64,000 nucleotides of DNA, taken from assembly GCF_964355755.1 (NCBI RefSeq), contig NC_092673.1, positions 8,928,001 through 8,992,000 on the forward strand. The letters are read 5' to 3'. Both the position numbers and the translations under genes were made by a program. The notes beneath the pieces were generated by a model. That model had not been told where the DNA came from, made no database searches, and saw only the letters and a list, made by a program, of their open reading frames with translations. How positions within the stretch are numbered: the stretch's first letter is position 1; each line of letters starts with the position of its first letter. Shown here one piece after another: positions 10,901 through 25,900 of this stretch. The stretch comes from Antedon mediterranea. Taxonomy: Eukaryota > Animalia > Echinodermata.

Positions 10901-13900
10901 ATAAAATTTCATTTGTAAACGTTTACGATTGGAATAGGCTAGTATTTATTTATAGTTACTAGATGGTACGCTCGCTTCGCTCGCGTACCATCTAGGTCGT
11001 GCCCACATATGGTTATCGAATACATAGTAATTTCAGCGTAAAAAAACTGGCGATTTCAAAATGTAGGCCTACGTACCGCATGACTATAAAACATTTATTT
11101 ATGTATTTATGTAGTCAACCAAAATTAGCACCGTGCGAATTACTTCCAAAAGAGAAACTTCTCACAAAATGAGTCCAAATGTTTAAACAAACCCAATTTG
11201 TATTTTGTATCTAACATTATTGAGGGTTGGGTTTTTTTTTAATAGGCCTATAAATAACATAACACTAAATAGAGTAAAACATTTCCGATTTAATAACTGT
11301 TAAAATTGTCACTGTCATAGTCGATTGAAATAGTAAAGTACATGTAACGATACACCACCACGACGTTTATATTTTTTTGTAATTATTAATTAATACAAAC
11401 GTTGTGAAGCAACTGTCAGTAATAAAGTATTATATTATTATGTGTTTATAATCTAAAAGTAGGGGCTACCCACACTCACAGTAATAAAGTTTATTAGTAT
11501 ATTTGTTTATATTATAATAAACAGTAGGCCTACCAACGCACACAATAAGAAATTTGCGATTCAAATGGCTATCAAAAGTGGTTAATACCTATTTACAGTA
11601 TTGTATAGCTTTACAATACTATTTATGTTTATTCTCAAAGGGCCCATAAATTGACCTACTTGTGTTAAATCATGGAGGTATGCAAGCATGGTTAAACCAA
11701 ATAATTTGGAATGTTCCATTCATCGCAAATCAATACATTTGTATAAACGTATATTAAATCTATCAAAATAGTATTTTTTAAAGAAAATCGGCCTGTCTTC
11801 AACATTATGATACTCTACTCGAGCTGTTCAACCGGTTTTCAGCTATTAAAAGCAATTATCGTAGGAGGAGATAGGAAAATGCGAAGTATCCTCGTATTAT
11901 TGTGTACAGGTATTTTTCATGAGGACATCCATTAGACAGTGTATACCACGATCGGAAAACACCCCTATTTGGGGCAAATGGTTGAACCTAAATTCGTTTT
12001 AATCGTCAATAACTAATTATCTAACTAAATTTAATTAGTAAACAGGGTTACATCAGGTGGTTAAAATCAGTACCGAGATTATAACCAACTTTATATACCA
12101 TCGAGTACACATTCTAGAAATAACGCGCGATTTACCGAATTTTGCCCTTACGTAAATTTATATATAGATACGCACGATCGCCGACCGCCGTACCCCCAGC
12201 GCAAGCCCTTCTTGGCGGCCACATGATGTACGGTATTCGACTAGTATATTCTCCAGTTGATTATAGCATGGACCTAGCGTACACACTTCTCGGATACATA
12301 GATACTAATCGAATACGATTGTCCGTGAAAACGTGCGCCCTCTCGCCTGATCGAGCGAGGCTAGCCCACACACGTGCGTGTTACACACACGGTCATGCAC
12401 TCGATGTTGCGGGTACGAAACTCATGAATAACAAGTTAGAAAGAACTTGTTGAGGCTGGGCGCGGCCGAGCCTAGGTAAGAAAAGAGCTAAATAAAGAAC
12501 GCCGTTGTAGATTAACAAAATATATTATTACAATAATATTGATTACAATTTAAAAAAACATTGTTTTGATGAAAATATAAAGTGCGTCTTATACATCGAC
12601 GATATAAATAATACCGATATTTTACTCTCAGTTAGGGGGTGCGTCTTATACACAGGTGCGACTTATACACCGAAATATACGGTAATGGTTATTTTTACTT
12701 TACTTTATTGCCAACAAAAACGGAATAAACATAAACAATCATCATTGACAAAAGGTGATAAGATTTAGTTAAAAGAAACTAATTAAAGCTTAACACCAAC
12801 TTACATAAGAAATAGTATAATTTTGAAATAAAGACAAATTTAAAAAGACTAGATGGTACGCTCGCTTCGCTCGCGTACCATCTAGGTCGTGCCCACAGAT
12901 GGTTCTCGAATACATAATAATTTCAGCGTTAAAAAACTGGCGATTTCAAATGTACGTACCGCAGGACAATAATACATGTCGTTTACAGGAACGAATAAAT
13001 AGACACTGTGATTTATGTACTGAACTAAAATTAGCACCCTGGGAATTACTTCCGAAAGAGAAACTTGTCCAATTGTTTAAGTCAAATTTAAACAAACTTA
13101 ATTTGTGTTTTGTATGTAACATTAGGGTTGAGGGATGGGAAAGAGGATGGGTGCAAAGAGGAACAATTTTTAAATATATTCTTTATCCATGTAGTAACGA
13201 AATATTAATTGTTTTCATGTTTTACAAATAATATACCACTAAACACAGTAAAACATTGCGATGTAATACTTTGTTGAAACTATCACCGTCCTAGTCGATT
13301 GAAATAGTATAGTACATGTAACGATACATCACTACGACGTGTATAATAATTATGTTTATATAATGTAAAACAATTTGTGAAAACCACCCCTATTCGTGGC
13401 AAATCATAAATTCGATTTAATCGTCAATAAATATTAAATGATCTAACTCAACTTAATTAGTAGGCCTAATGGTTTTCAATTGTTTCTTAGAGCCAATTCA
13501 TACTTAAGTTGGTTCCTAACCCTACCCACCAAAGTTGTTCTGCGTTTAGGGCATGTGATGCACCGTAGGCCTATCCTCTACTGGCTTTACAACGCTACTC
13601 ATGCCAGTGAGGGAAGGGTGATGATGTCACGTGGGTGGTTTAACTGCAATAATAAAGATTTGTACATAATATACGGCGACTGAAAACGCTAGCTCAATTA
13701 TCCGTTAAAAAAAATCTATATCCAACCTCTGCAGCACAGATTGAAAAAAAAATGGATCGAATTTCTGTTATGAGTATACAGTACTTTCCTTTACGACGCC
13801 TGAGGGAATAGACACTTGTGGAACAGAGATTGGAATGTTCCATTCATTTCAAATCAAGACATTTGCATAAACGTATATTAAATCTATCAAAATAGTATTT

Positions 13901-16900
13901 TTTTAAGAAAATCGGCCTGTCTTCAACATTATGATACTGTACTCGAGCTGTTCAACCGGTTTTCAGCCATTAAAAACAATTATCGTAGGAGGAGATAGGA
14001 AAATGCGAAGCGTCCTCGTATTATTGTGTGCGGGTATTTTTCAAGTTGGACATCCATTAGACAGTGTATACCATGATCGGAAAACACCCCTATTTGGGGC
14101 AAATCGTTGAACCTAAATTCGTTTTAATCGTCAATAACTAATTATCTAACTCAATTTAATTAGTAAACAGGGTTACATCAGGTGGTTAAAATCAGTACCG
14201 AAAGTACGAACCAACTTTATATACCATCGAGTAAAAATTCTAGAAGTAAGGTGCGATTTACCGAATTTTGCCCTTACGTAAATTTATATATAGATAAATG
14301 CAAAGCTTTAAATTATAATAACCATAAATAAATAGCAAATAATCTATATATAAATTTACGTAAGGGCAAAAATCGGTAAATCGTGCGTTATTTCTAGAAT
14401 GTTTACTCGATGGTATATAAAGTTGGTTCGTACTTTCGGTACTAATTTTAACCACCTGATGTAACCCTGTTTACTAATTAAATTGAGTTCGATAATTAGT
14501 TATTGACGATTGGAACGAATTTAGGTTCAACGATTTGCCCCAAATAGGGGTGTTTTCCGATCGTGGTATACACTGTCTAATGGATGTCAATTTGAAAAAT
14601 ACCCGCACACAATAATACGAGGACACTTCGCATTTTCCTATCTCCTCCTACGATAATTGTTTTTAATAGCTGAAAACCGGTTGAACAGTTCGAGTACAGC
14701 ATCATAATGTTGAAGACAGGCCGATTTTCTTAAAAAAATGCTATTTTGATACATGTAATATACGTTTTTACACATGTATTGATTTGTGATGAATGGAACA
14801 TTCCAAATTATTTGGTTTAACCATAGAGGTATAGATTTAGATTTATGGGCCCCCTTGGAGAATAAACATAAATAGTATTGCAATGCACTTTTGATCGCAA
14901 TTTGAATCGCAAATATCTTACTGTGAGTGTTGGTACTGTTAGATATAATATAAACAAATATACAAATAAACTTTATTACTGTGAGTGTGGGTAGGCCCTA
15001 CTGTTAGATTATAAACATATAATATACAATAAATAAACGTTATTACTGACAGTTGCTTCTCAACGTTTGTATTAATTAATAATTTAAAAATATATAAACG
15101 TACGTACGTAGTGGTGTATTGTTACATGTACTTTACTATTTCAATCGACTATGACAGTGAGAGTTTTAACAAAGTATTAAATCGTTAATGTTTTACTGTA
15201 TTTAGTGGTATATTATTTATAGGCCTATAAAACATTAAAAACAATATTTCGTTACTGAGTGGATAAGAATATATTTTAAAATGTTTCCTCTTTGTACCTA
15301 TCTTCTTCCCCCATCCCTCAACCCTTAATGTTACATACAAAACACAAATTGGGTTTGTTTAAATGAGTCCAAATAAAAAAATTTGACTCATTTTGTTTCT
15401 CTCTCGGAAGTAATTCCCAGGGTGCTAATTTTAGCTGACTACATAAATCATCGTGTATATTTATTCGTTTCTGTAAACGACAATGTATTATAGTCCTGCA
15501 GTACGTACATTTGAAATCTCCATTTTTTTCTCGCTGGAAAATACTGTGTATTCGAGAACCATCTGTGGGCACGACCTAGATGGTACGCGAGCGAAGCGAG
15601 CGTGCCATCTAGTATTAATAATTAATAGTAATAAATGTGATAAACTGAAACTTCTTATATACCGTAATTAATTAAACAGTACTTTAGATATATTTATTAA
15701 ATAAATATGTTTTAACAATTTAAAAAAATGTTTTCTACATGGGATCTGTGGTTAAAGTTGAAAGTTCATTCCATAATTTGGCCCCATGAAATTAAATTCT
15801 ATCTAGAGCTAAATTAGTTTGAGGTTTTGGGTAAGACAAAATTAACAGTTTTTTATTTATTCTGGTATTATATGAATGATCAATAGTAAGAAGAAAGTAA
15901 TCAGTAATAGAATGTGGTGATCGGTTGTGATAAATATTATAAACAAATTTAAGAACATATTATAATTCATGTAATTTATAAATATCAAGAATTTTAAGTT
16001 TATAGAACAATGGCAGTGTATGGTCTCTGAAATGAGATCTGAGATCTGACAATCAGTTTTTGAGAAGGAACAATAAGTTCTAAATATGACACACATGAGC
16101 CTCCCCAAACCTCAAATCCATACGTTAAAATAGGAAAAATAAATGAGTTATAAAGTGTAACTAAAGTATCTTTAGGAACAAAAAATCCAGCCTTTTTTCT
16201 AACTTTTTAACAAACATCATCAATGTGAAGTTTCCAAAATAAGTGTTTGTCTTAACTTAATTCCAACAAATTTAATAAATGAACTTTCTTTAATTAAAAC
16301 ATTGTTAATAGTTAGAACGAACCAACTTTATATACCATCGAGTAAACATTCTAGAAGTAACAGGCGATTTACTGAATCGTTGTCATTATTCATAATGATA
16401 ACAAGTTAAACGCAATGTCGACAAAATATCTGCATGCATACCGTAATTTATTGTCCAGTACGATTAAGAATATCACAATAAAGAAAAATAATAATACATA
16501 AAAAATTACTACAATAAGTTATTAACAAGTTCATTATCAGAAATTAAAAAGCACCGTAAATTTAACATGATTAACAGTGTACCGTGAAGTTGAGCGGGAA
16601 GAACAAAAAAAAAACCCTGCCTACGTTGTTGGTGGTCTAGCTCTTACTCACATTGTTAGCATACACACGCTTAAGTTTTCCATCGCTACCTTTCATCAGC
16701 ATATATGTAGGTACACCCCATGGTATTACTTCAAATTGTCCTTAATTTGACTAGTTCCATTTTAAGCTTTGCTCTTTAACTTTACAGAAACATCGTCAGT
16801 ATTGAACAACAAGTTATTGTGGTATGCGTTACCTTCAACACCTTTGGTGCTAACCGTAAAATCAACTCCCTGTAGTGGCTACTTCCCTCATAGGGCTCCG

Positions 16901-19900
16901 ATGCGCTCTTTCTCTTTCTATAATGGTATAAAAAAAACTATTGCCGTGCAATCCAATACAGTTTTTAGTCCTTCTTTCATGCCCCATACATTGTTGTTTT
17001 CTAGATAGTCTCCTCTCTAGTCTCATTACCGTTTTGTTCTTAGTGCATAGATCTATCTGCCTTATCTGCCCTAAATCATTAATTATAGCATTTAATCTTA
17101 CATCAATCATTGATTAGTTGTTTCTTTAATTTCACTTTGTTCCTTTTCAAACTTGATTTGTTTCTCTTCAAAAGCCGACAGTCTGGTAACAACGGCTTTC
17201 AATAACTCTTCTATGTCTATTGTCAATTCCAGTTATATTATGGCCGGTTTCTTCTTTTTCACAATGCCTGCCACAAAGGCTCAATGTATAGCTACTGTAC
17301 ACCTGAATAAAAATACCTAATGTTTTATTAAAATACAAGATTGTTATAAAAATCATCAAAATTATCTCTCTTATGTCTCTAGTACATTATGTTCCTTGCA
17401 TACTCAACTTCTCTTGGGCACCAACAACTACTCATCTCAATCAGTGAGTACCTTCAACCTGGACAGTGAAGCAGTTTGTGTGTCCCTATGCCACCAGGCT
17501 ATCCTACATCTTCATGATGGACTCCATGTGGCTGCTTTACATATACTCAAGTTTGCAGAGTCTAAATTTTCAGAATCTTCACAATATTCTAAGGTAAAAT
17601 TCTGAAAACACATATTTACCTATCAAATTATTTAGTCAAATTGTCAAATTCACATTTATTCAGTAATTGGTTATCCGCACTTGGCGGATAACCTCTTGTT
17701 ATTGTCAGGATCTTTTTTTTTTGGTTATCCGCACTTGGCGGATAACCCCTTGTTATTGTCAGGATCTTTTTTTTTTTATTTTTCTCTTTTTTTTTCTATT
17801 TTCTTCTTTCTTTCCACGAATTTTGTTGGTCGCATATCTCTAATTCTGGCCAACATAAGATTGTATAACTTTGTCATAAGATTGACCTATATCTGTAGAT
17901 GTGCAAGAACCTTTGTTTTTTGATTTTCGAGCTGCGCAGCATAAGTTATGCGCGATTTTATGAATTTCAATGATTGATCATAGATTAAAAACCAAAAGTC
18001 ATTTTCTATTGAAACTTCGTGAAAATTTAAGTTATATCATGCGCAAACTTTCTATGGATTAAAAATGGCATGTTTTACATAAAGTTACGCGCGCACGCGC
18101 GTTCAAAATTTCAAAATGCGCAAAATTCATTTCTAATCAACTTTCCACGCGTTTCATGTCATTTTGAGCATTTCAAAAATTCCCGAGCGTGCGCAATTTT
18201 TTTACGCGCGCGTGCGCACGTAGCGCAAAAACATCTTTTTTTTGCTTGATTTTTGTTTTTTCAGCCTTTTCTAGTAAATTTACCAATTTTCAATCAATTT
18301 CGACTTAAAATCACGTCATACGAGCACGTAGAATTGAACAATTTGCGCGCGTTTTTAATGAAAAAGTTAAAAAATTTGTCAAAATTTTGCCTTTTTTAAA
18401 ACAGTCATAGATTGTAAACTACGTGGTGAACTTTTTTGGAAATTACATATTCTGGAAGTTGATGAGTTGTAGATATCAAATCATGCATCAATATGGCTAA
18501 CCGGACATTGTGACGTCATCGTATGGCCACTCGATTATAAAATATAGGATTTTTGTCTGTTTCCTCGTAGCTCGTCACATTTAATATAGCGCATCTCCAC
18601 TTATTTGTATTCCATTTCCCCCCATTTTTTTAAGTTGTCTAGGTCTATCAATTATCTTTCGCACGATTCACCATTTTCAAAATTGTGATGACGTCATCAT
18701 GTTCAAAAGCGTGAATAACTTTGGTCACTTATTTTCACCTATTCTGCACTGTATGAAGTACGTATACAGTATATAGTGTATACCGTATATACTCAGACGT
18801 GACGAAAAATAGAGAGCACACTGAAATTGTTTCAATGACTTAATCGTTTTTCTGCGCGCAATATTTTAACGTATGACGTGCACGTGGCCTTTGCGCTGCG
18901 GATAACCTAACTCGTCCGTAGTGACGAGTTCAAATCTAGTTTCTCTTTTTTTTTCTATTTTCTTCTTTCTTTCCACGAATTTTGTTGGTCGCATATCTCT
19001 AATTTTGGGCAACATATGATTGTATAACTTTTTCATAAGATTGATATGTAGCTGTAGATGTGCAAGAAACTTTTATTTTCAAATTTTGAGTCGCGCAGCG
19101 TAAGTTACGCGCGATTTTGTGAATTTCAATGATTGATCATAGAATAAAAACTAAAAGTTATTTTGTATTGAAACTTGGTGAAAATTTAAGTCATATCATG
19201 CGCAAACTTTCTATGGATTAAAAATAACATGTTTTACAAAAAGTTACGCGCGCACGCGCGTTTAAAATTTCAAAATGCGAAAAAACAATTTCTAATCAAC
19301 TTTCTACGCGTTTCATGTCATTTTAAGCATTTCAAAAATTCCCACGCGTGCGCAATTTTTTTACGCGCGCGTGCGCACGTAGCGCAAAAACATCCTTTTT
19401 TTGCTTGATTTTTGTTTTTTCAGCCTTTTCTAGTAAATTTATAAATTTTCAATCAATTTCGACTTAAAATCACGTCACACGAGCACGTAGAATTGGATAA
19501 TTTGCGCGCGTTTTTGATGAAAAACTTCAAAAATTTGTCAAAATTAGACCTTTTTTTAAACAGTCATAAATTCTAAACTACGTGGTAAACTTTTTTTAAA
19601 TTAAATATTCTGGAAGTAGATGAATTTTATTTTTTGAATCATGTATCAATATGGCTAAACGGACACTGTGACGTCATCGTATGGCCACCCGAATATAAAA
19701 TATAGGATTTTTTTCTCTTTCGTCATAGCTCGTCAAATTTAATAGAGCGCATCTCTACTTATCCGTATTCCATTTCCCTCAATTTTTTAATTTTGTCTAG
19801 ATCAATCAATTATCTTTCGCATGATTCACCATTTTTAAAATTGTGATGACGTCATCATGTCCAAAAGCGTCAATTACTTTGGTCACTTATTTTCAAATAT

Positions 19901-22900
19901 TCTGAACTGTATGTAGTACGTATACAGTACATAGTGTTATACCGTATATACTCATTCGTGACACAAAATAGAGAGCGCACTAACATTTTTTCAATGGCAT
20001 AATCGTTTTTCTGCGCGCAATATTATAACGTATGACGTGCACGTGGCCTTTGCGCTGCGGATAACCTAACTCGTCCGTAGTGACGAGTTCAAATCTAGTT
20101 AAATATTTACATTGTCTAGTCGTAATTCGATATAATGTCTCTTTTAACATATTGTTATAGTACTTTATAATTTTATAAAATAATAAACAATATCTAAGTC
20201 ATTTCTACAGAGTTCGTTCCATAGTTTCGGTCCATGTATACTAATAAAGTGTTGACCAGACGTTAACCTAGAGTATGGTTGTTCTCTGTTAATATCTTTT
20301 ATTTGAAGTAGATTTAATATAGTAATACTATAATGATGATGTTTCATGTCATGTAATTTATTAGATATTCAATGGTAATTTGCCTATACTATACTACAGA
20401 TTTAAAATTTATTCTTTCTGGTGATACTATTTTTCATATTGCAGGATATACTATGTTTGTTGTTTTGTTGTTTTGTTATATTGGTAACTGTAAAATGATT
20501 TTACATATCCAACTATAGAACATCCAACATACAATTAAATTAGTGCCCCGTTAAATATGGCTGGTGTGAAATCTTTGTCAGCATCATCTGTTAATTAAGT
20601 GGGTAAAGGATAAAGAACACTTGTGAATTGAAAGGAACCTGAAAGGGCACCAGTACAAAGCATAATAGCAAAGAGATATCTCATCTCTCACTCCGACTAC
20701 TTGGATGATCAGTGTAAACTCTACCAAAGAACATCTAAATATTTTATTCTTTGGTAAAGGTAACCGTTTTCCAGATTTAAATTGGATAACAGGAGGGTAT
20801 TGTTCATTTCTGTAAATGTAGTGGCCAATCTGGTAGTTGTGTATTCCATCATGCTGGTTATGTAGATCAAAAACAGCCTGGTCACATCCATTGTTTATAT
20901 ATATGCATGTATTTAATTGTTTTGCAATATTCAATATTGATATCACTCAACTTCAATTGTATTAGATTTAACAGTCATCGTTGTTGAAAACTTATCATAT
21001 TCAACTGACCATAATATATTGCAATCAGAAGTGCAACGTCCAACACACTGTGCCACATGCTCTCAGTCTAAACACTCGACGCGATATTCCCAGACAAGAA
21101 CGCACCAAATCTGTCGGTCTGAATTGATTATAGATCCAGTTGCAGTGGTGGTTAAAGCAAGTTGTTTTTAAAACCAAATACAAAAGATACAATAATAACA
21201 CTTTTTTCACTTTTGATATACTGAGGCCTAATTATATACTGATGTTTATTTTGTTTTATGGTCGTTAATTTCTTAGGCAAGTTATTTAATAATTAAACGC
21301 CATCTTCATCTTTTTAGCTTTGTTTCCAACACTACAGTGACATTTTTTTTCAAGGCATCTCTATATTATTATTGTTGTGATGCATTTTCTTTTATGTTAA
21401 TGTGCTGAATGTGTAGAGTGTGCAAGCCATAGTTTGTATAGCACTGAATATAGCTTGTTGTCTATTGTCAGTGGTTGCATCTAACTTTTGGTTTAGAGTA
21501 ATTATAATGATTTTGTGAAGACATTCTAAAGGGATGAAAAATTAAAAGATGAAATATTATAGCAATAATGTGCTGCGTTAGTAGAATAAAATGACACTAT
21601 CAATCATCATGCCAAAAGACTAAAAGGGGTTATAAGTTATAAAATGATCGACCTGCTGTTTGGCCTCCACATTTCCAGTACACGAATACTATACAGACAC
21701 TCAGTCCGCTAAGAATACACTCCAAGATTATAAAAATGTTTGCGAACCCATGGATCGTATAATTCTCTTTTTTTTTTCTCTTCTTTGACATTGGTCCCAG
21801 ACAATGTTACCATCCTCCGAGAATGTAGAATATAGGGCTTATTGCCGACCAGTTCACCACTACAATGGTCTGGTGCACAAACATGCTGTTTGTGTCTTCA
21901 ATTATCCTGGTAATTTTTAATGTTTGATGGAATCACCTGTTCTTTCAGTCCGAAGTTTTATTTTCCTGTCCGTTTGCATCTAGGGAAGAGGCATAGGCCC
22001 GCCAAACCAACATGCTTCAACTTCATTCATCTTCATCTTTCCATCCGACCCTGCTTACTCTCCCTGGGTGGGGAAGATTAGGGATACAAGTCCATGGGTG
22101 TAGGCTGTATGTACCCTGTACAACAGCCACAGGATAGAATTTACCTCTGTTGCGCATATGAGTCCACAGAGGCCAACTGATACACTGCCTATTTTGACTG
22201 GGTCAAAGATTTAAGGCAGAAGGGGGAAATCTCAAAGGTCGCTCTTGTATCCCTGGGGCAGATCTAGGATTGCGTCCACCAATCAAATAACCAGAATAAA
22301 AAATCATTCAATTGTGAGAGCGCTAAAGCTGCACGATCGCGATATGAAACGTCACAAAACAAACATGAATATTCATTTAGTCAAATCCATATGGTGTGAT
22401 GTACGTACAAAAATCGCTGCCTGTCAGATCATTCATAAAAACGTGGTTTTGTAGTCGAGTCTCATGGAATATTCACAAAATGAAAATAAATGGACATTCT
22501 TTATGGTGCTAATATAGGTATATTCAGAAAAACCCGTTTTTTAGCACTTTAGTACATTTCTCAGATGAACAAGCACAAATGTGCGATACTCTGGGTACAG
22601 CAAAAGAAGCTGTAATGACGTCATAAGACCGGATGTAACGTCACATACACAGCAATAACGTTGCTCGGGTACAGCAGCAAAAGAAGCTGTAATGACGTCA
22701 TAAGACCGGATGTAACGTCACATCACACAGCAATAACGTCGCTACCAAATACGGCTATACGGTACCATCTTTGAGACGTGATATGACTGCATCCGGTTTG
22801 AAATTTAAAAATCCGGCTCTATAGCTTTGAGGACATGTCCCTGTATTATATTCATGCCAAATCCCAGCTCAATACTACAACAAATAAGGGAGGAGTAGTG

Positions 22901-25900
22901 CTTTATAAATCGCACTTTTTGCTTAATAGTGTCGGATGAAAGAAGAGGAGAAGATGAGCGAGTCCTAGACTTGGGTACCCCAAGTAAAAAGCACATATAA
23001 TGTACTTGCAACTATATCTTTGCGAAAGAAGACAATACCGGCTGCGGTCATTTGAAGTTTCCGCGCTAGATGATTATGATTGGTTGGATGTAGATTGTAA
23101 TGGACATTTTAAAAAATTGATCTGATAGAATGATAGAAGCAAGTTTTGAGTTAGTTATTCCTTATTTTTTTATAGAAATTGCTGTACGTGAATATGTAAA
23201 CGTGTCACGTGTCAGTTATTTGTTATTTTTACAAAAGTCTGTTCAGAATGAACTTCTGTTTGGCTGGTCCACTGCCCCATGGGTCTTCATTTAGGTAGTC
23301 AAGGCCCTGGGGGTAGTATGCCGCTCAATTGGGGTAAGAATTTTCAAGTACCTGGATGATTGGCTACTTTTTAGGTTTTGAGACAGAACATCATAGTTGT
23401 CTACGTTAATAAAAGGAATGTTTAATAGTCCCCCTCTTATGCGATCTTTGCCTCTGCGCTAGGATATTGGTCTTTGAGGCACTTTCCTGAATACAATAAT
23501 TTCTTCATTATCTATTCTTACTTTTTTCTGTTCTGATTTTGTCAGTTATGGATGCTTTGCCGTTTACAAGTACATTTTGAGATGGCCATGAACAAATGTG
23601 AGTTTGATGAAGCTGAAAAAATTATTATCAGTATGGCTTCTCTGAGCCCATCAGAAGCAATGTTCAGGTAAATATGCACAGTCGGATACAGCGGTTGCAA
23701 GTCTTGCAACCACTGTGTCCAAGTGTAAATCATTTTCTTTGGCGGAGCCTCCTTCTCCATATAATCTCAAAAGATGCCAGTTTGGTATTCCTAGAGTTAA
23801 AACCAAGTGTATTTTAAATCAACAATTGATAGTATTTCAATCATTGTTTGTGATGTGCATATAAACTAATGTGATTTTGATATTTTAATTTGTTGTAATT
23901 TGAAAGTTTTTATTGGTTTTATATATTTTTATAGGTTATTGTTACATTCTTGAATGAATAAAGTTGTATTCATATTTTTGTATACATACCAGATTTTTTT
24001 AATAGAAATCCATTTTTATACAGTTTCAAACTCATTTTTTTTTTCAAGAAAAGTGAGCTTACTAACCAGGAAAAGAGAAACAACAAAAGCATTTAGTTTG
24101 ATTTATGAAATAATTGAAAACTGCAAAATTGGCCGGGAAGACTTCTCGACTGAAATACATTCCAAGTAAGTACAATATACAGTATTTTTATTAGCATTTA
24201 CTTATTATGTAACATACCCGTGTAGTAAATATTTCATAGTGACAGAACTTGTCAAGTCAAAAAGTAAAGGCGAATTATGGCTAATTATTTCAAAACTATC
24301 ATCTTCATATTTAAATGTCATAGAAAAAATATATGAAATTTAACTCATGTTTTCCTTATATTTACTACAAAAGCCCTTATATTGTATCCAGTTTGTAGTC
24401 AAATTATTTTAAACATAAAATAAAAAGGTGTGTTTACGTGCAAAGAGGTAATTACTCGGAGCTGATCAGAATCATATCCGAGTTCTTCTTCTTCTTCTTC
24501 TTCGTATTAGGAGCCAACTTCATATGTGAAGACTCTGCTCCTCCAACTCTGTTTTGCTAGCTCTACTGTATTTGGTTGTGTATTATTATTCTATTTAGTT
24601 ATTCTTTTACAGAGAGAAACTGACTCCCTTATTTATTTATAATTATTATTAATTATTATTATTATTATTATTATTTTTTTTTTCCTTACTTCTTCTTTCA
24701 CTTTTCTTTCTCTCTTTTCTTCTTCTTTTCTTCCCTTTCCCTTATCTCTTTTTTTTAAGTTTTACTTATATAAATATATATACATATTAGTATGAATATA
24801 TATAATTATTTGATCTATCCTATCTATTATATAATTGTATTGTATTCAGACACCTTGTAAAGAGTAAAATATAGTAAACTGTACCCAACATTAAACACTA
24901 TGGAAGTCTACCGTCCGTGCCAACCGCTATCACTTTCCTGGGCCGCTACCTAGGAGGCAGAATAAAGTAGCTGGATACCCATTTACCCCACCTCAGCCAT
25001 CCAGTTGCCCAGCGAGCTGTCACCAAGACAGAGACCCCCAGAGAGTAAGTTGTGACAAGGGGTACCCTATTTAATTAAGTTTGGACAATATGGGTTTTGA
25101 GTTAGACTAACTCTCAGTGCCGTTCACTCTGATATAACTCGGTTTCCTGTGAATTAAACAAGAGAAATACAGTAATATGTTTTAACTCTATGCTCTATAC
25201 CATGGAGTAATTTCTCCATTATTTAACATTTGAAAAGCGCTTACTGTATATCAACCGTTTTTTATGCTTAACACTTGCACTATGATAGAGAAAAGAATGT
25301 GTAAACAAATATTTTAAATTTCACAATAGCACATTTTTGTAAAAACTTTCTTTTAAAAAGAAACGGATAAACTTGGAAAAAATGTGTAAATGTAACCTGA
25401 ATGTTATCTATTATTTTTTATTAGAACACTACTGTCACTTGCACAGCTATATTGTGCTAGCCATGAGTACACATCTGCATTACCTCACTTACTAGAATGC
25501 ATTGCTCTTTGTCAAGACCATTTCTTTCACCACACTGAAATAATGGCCAAGACACAGCTAGCACAAGTACAGGTAATATTATACATCATGTCTGATATTT
25601 TCAACACAGAGATTTCTTGATTCCAGGCACAATGTTATCATATTTATTTATTTTGTTTTTTAATTTGTCAATAATATAAATACATGCCGGTGTCTGCTAC
25701 AGGTAAAACAAAATCAAATTACTACAAAAGGTTTACCATAATGGGCTTATTTGACATAAACAGGGTCAATATTATTTATGTGGATAACTGCTTCAAGAAT
25801 TTATATTTATAGATTGTTTTGTTTACTTAATTTGTCTATTTTTTCCTGTTATAGCTTTGTCTAAAGATGCCACAACATTCGGTTCAACTACTTGATGAAA

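Noticed and set aside
12899-13231. Cys-rich ORF shared with 15318-15572, possibly a captured zinc-finger gene
   Set aside because: The frame is not conserved among the three Helitron copies and I recognise no domain.
16760-17300. Possible decayed LINE ORF on the minus strand
   Set aside because: Composition is suggestive, but I could not read a diagnostic RT or endonuclease motif.
20584-20946. 120-aa minus-strand ORF
   Set aside because: No recognisable motif or convincing splice signals; may be decayed TE coding sequence but cannot be supported.
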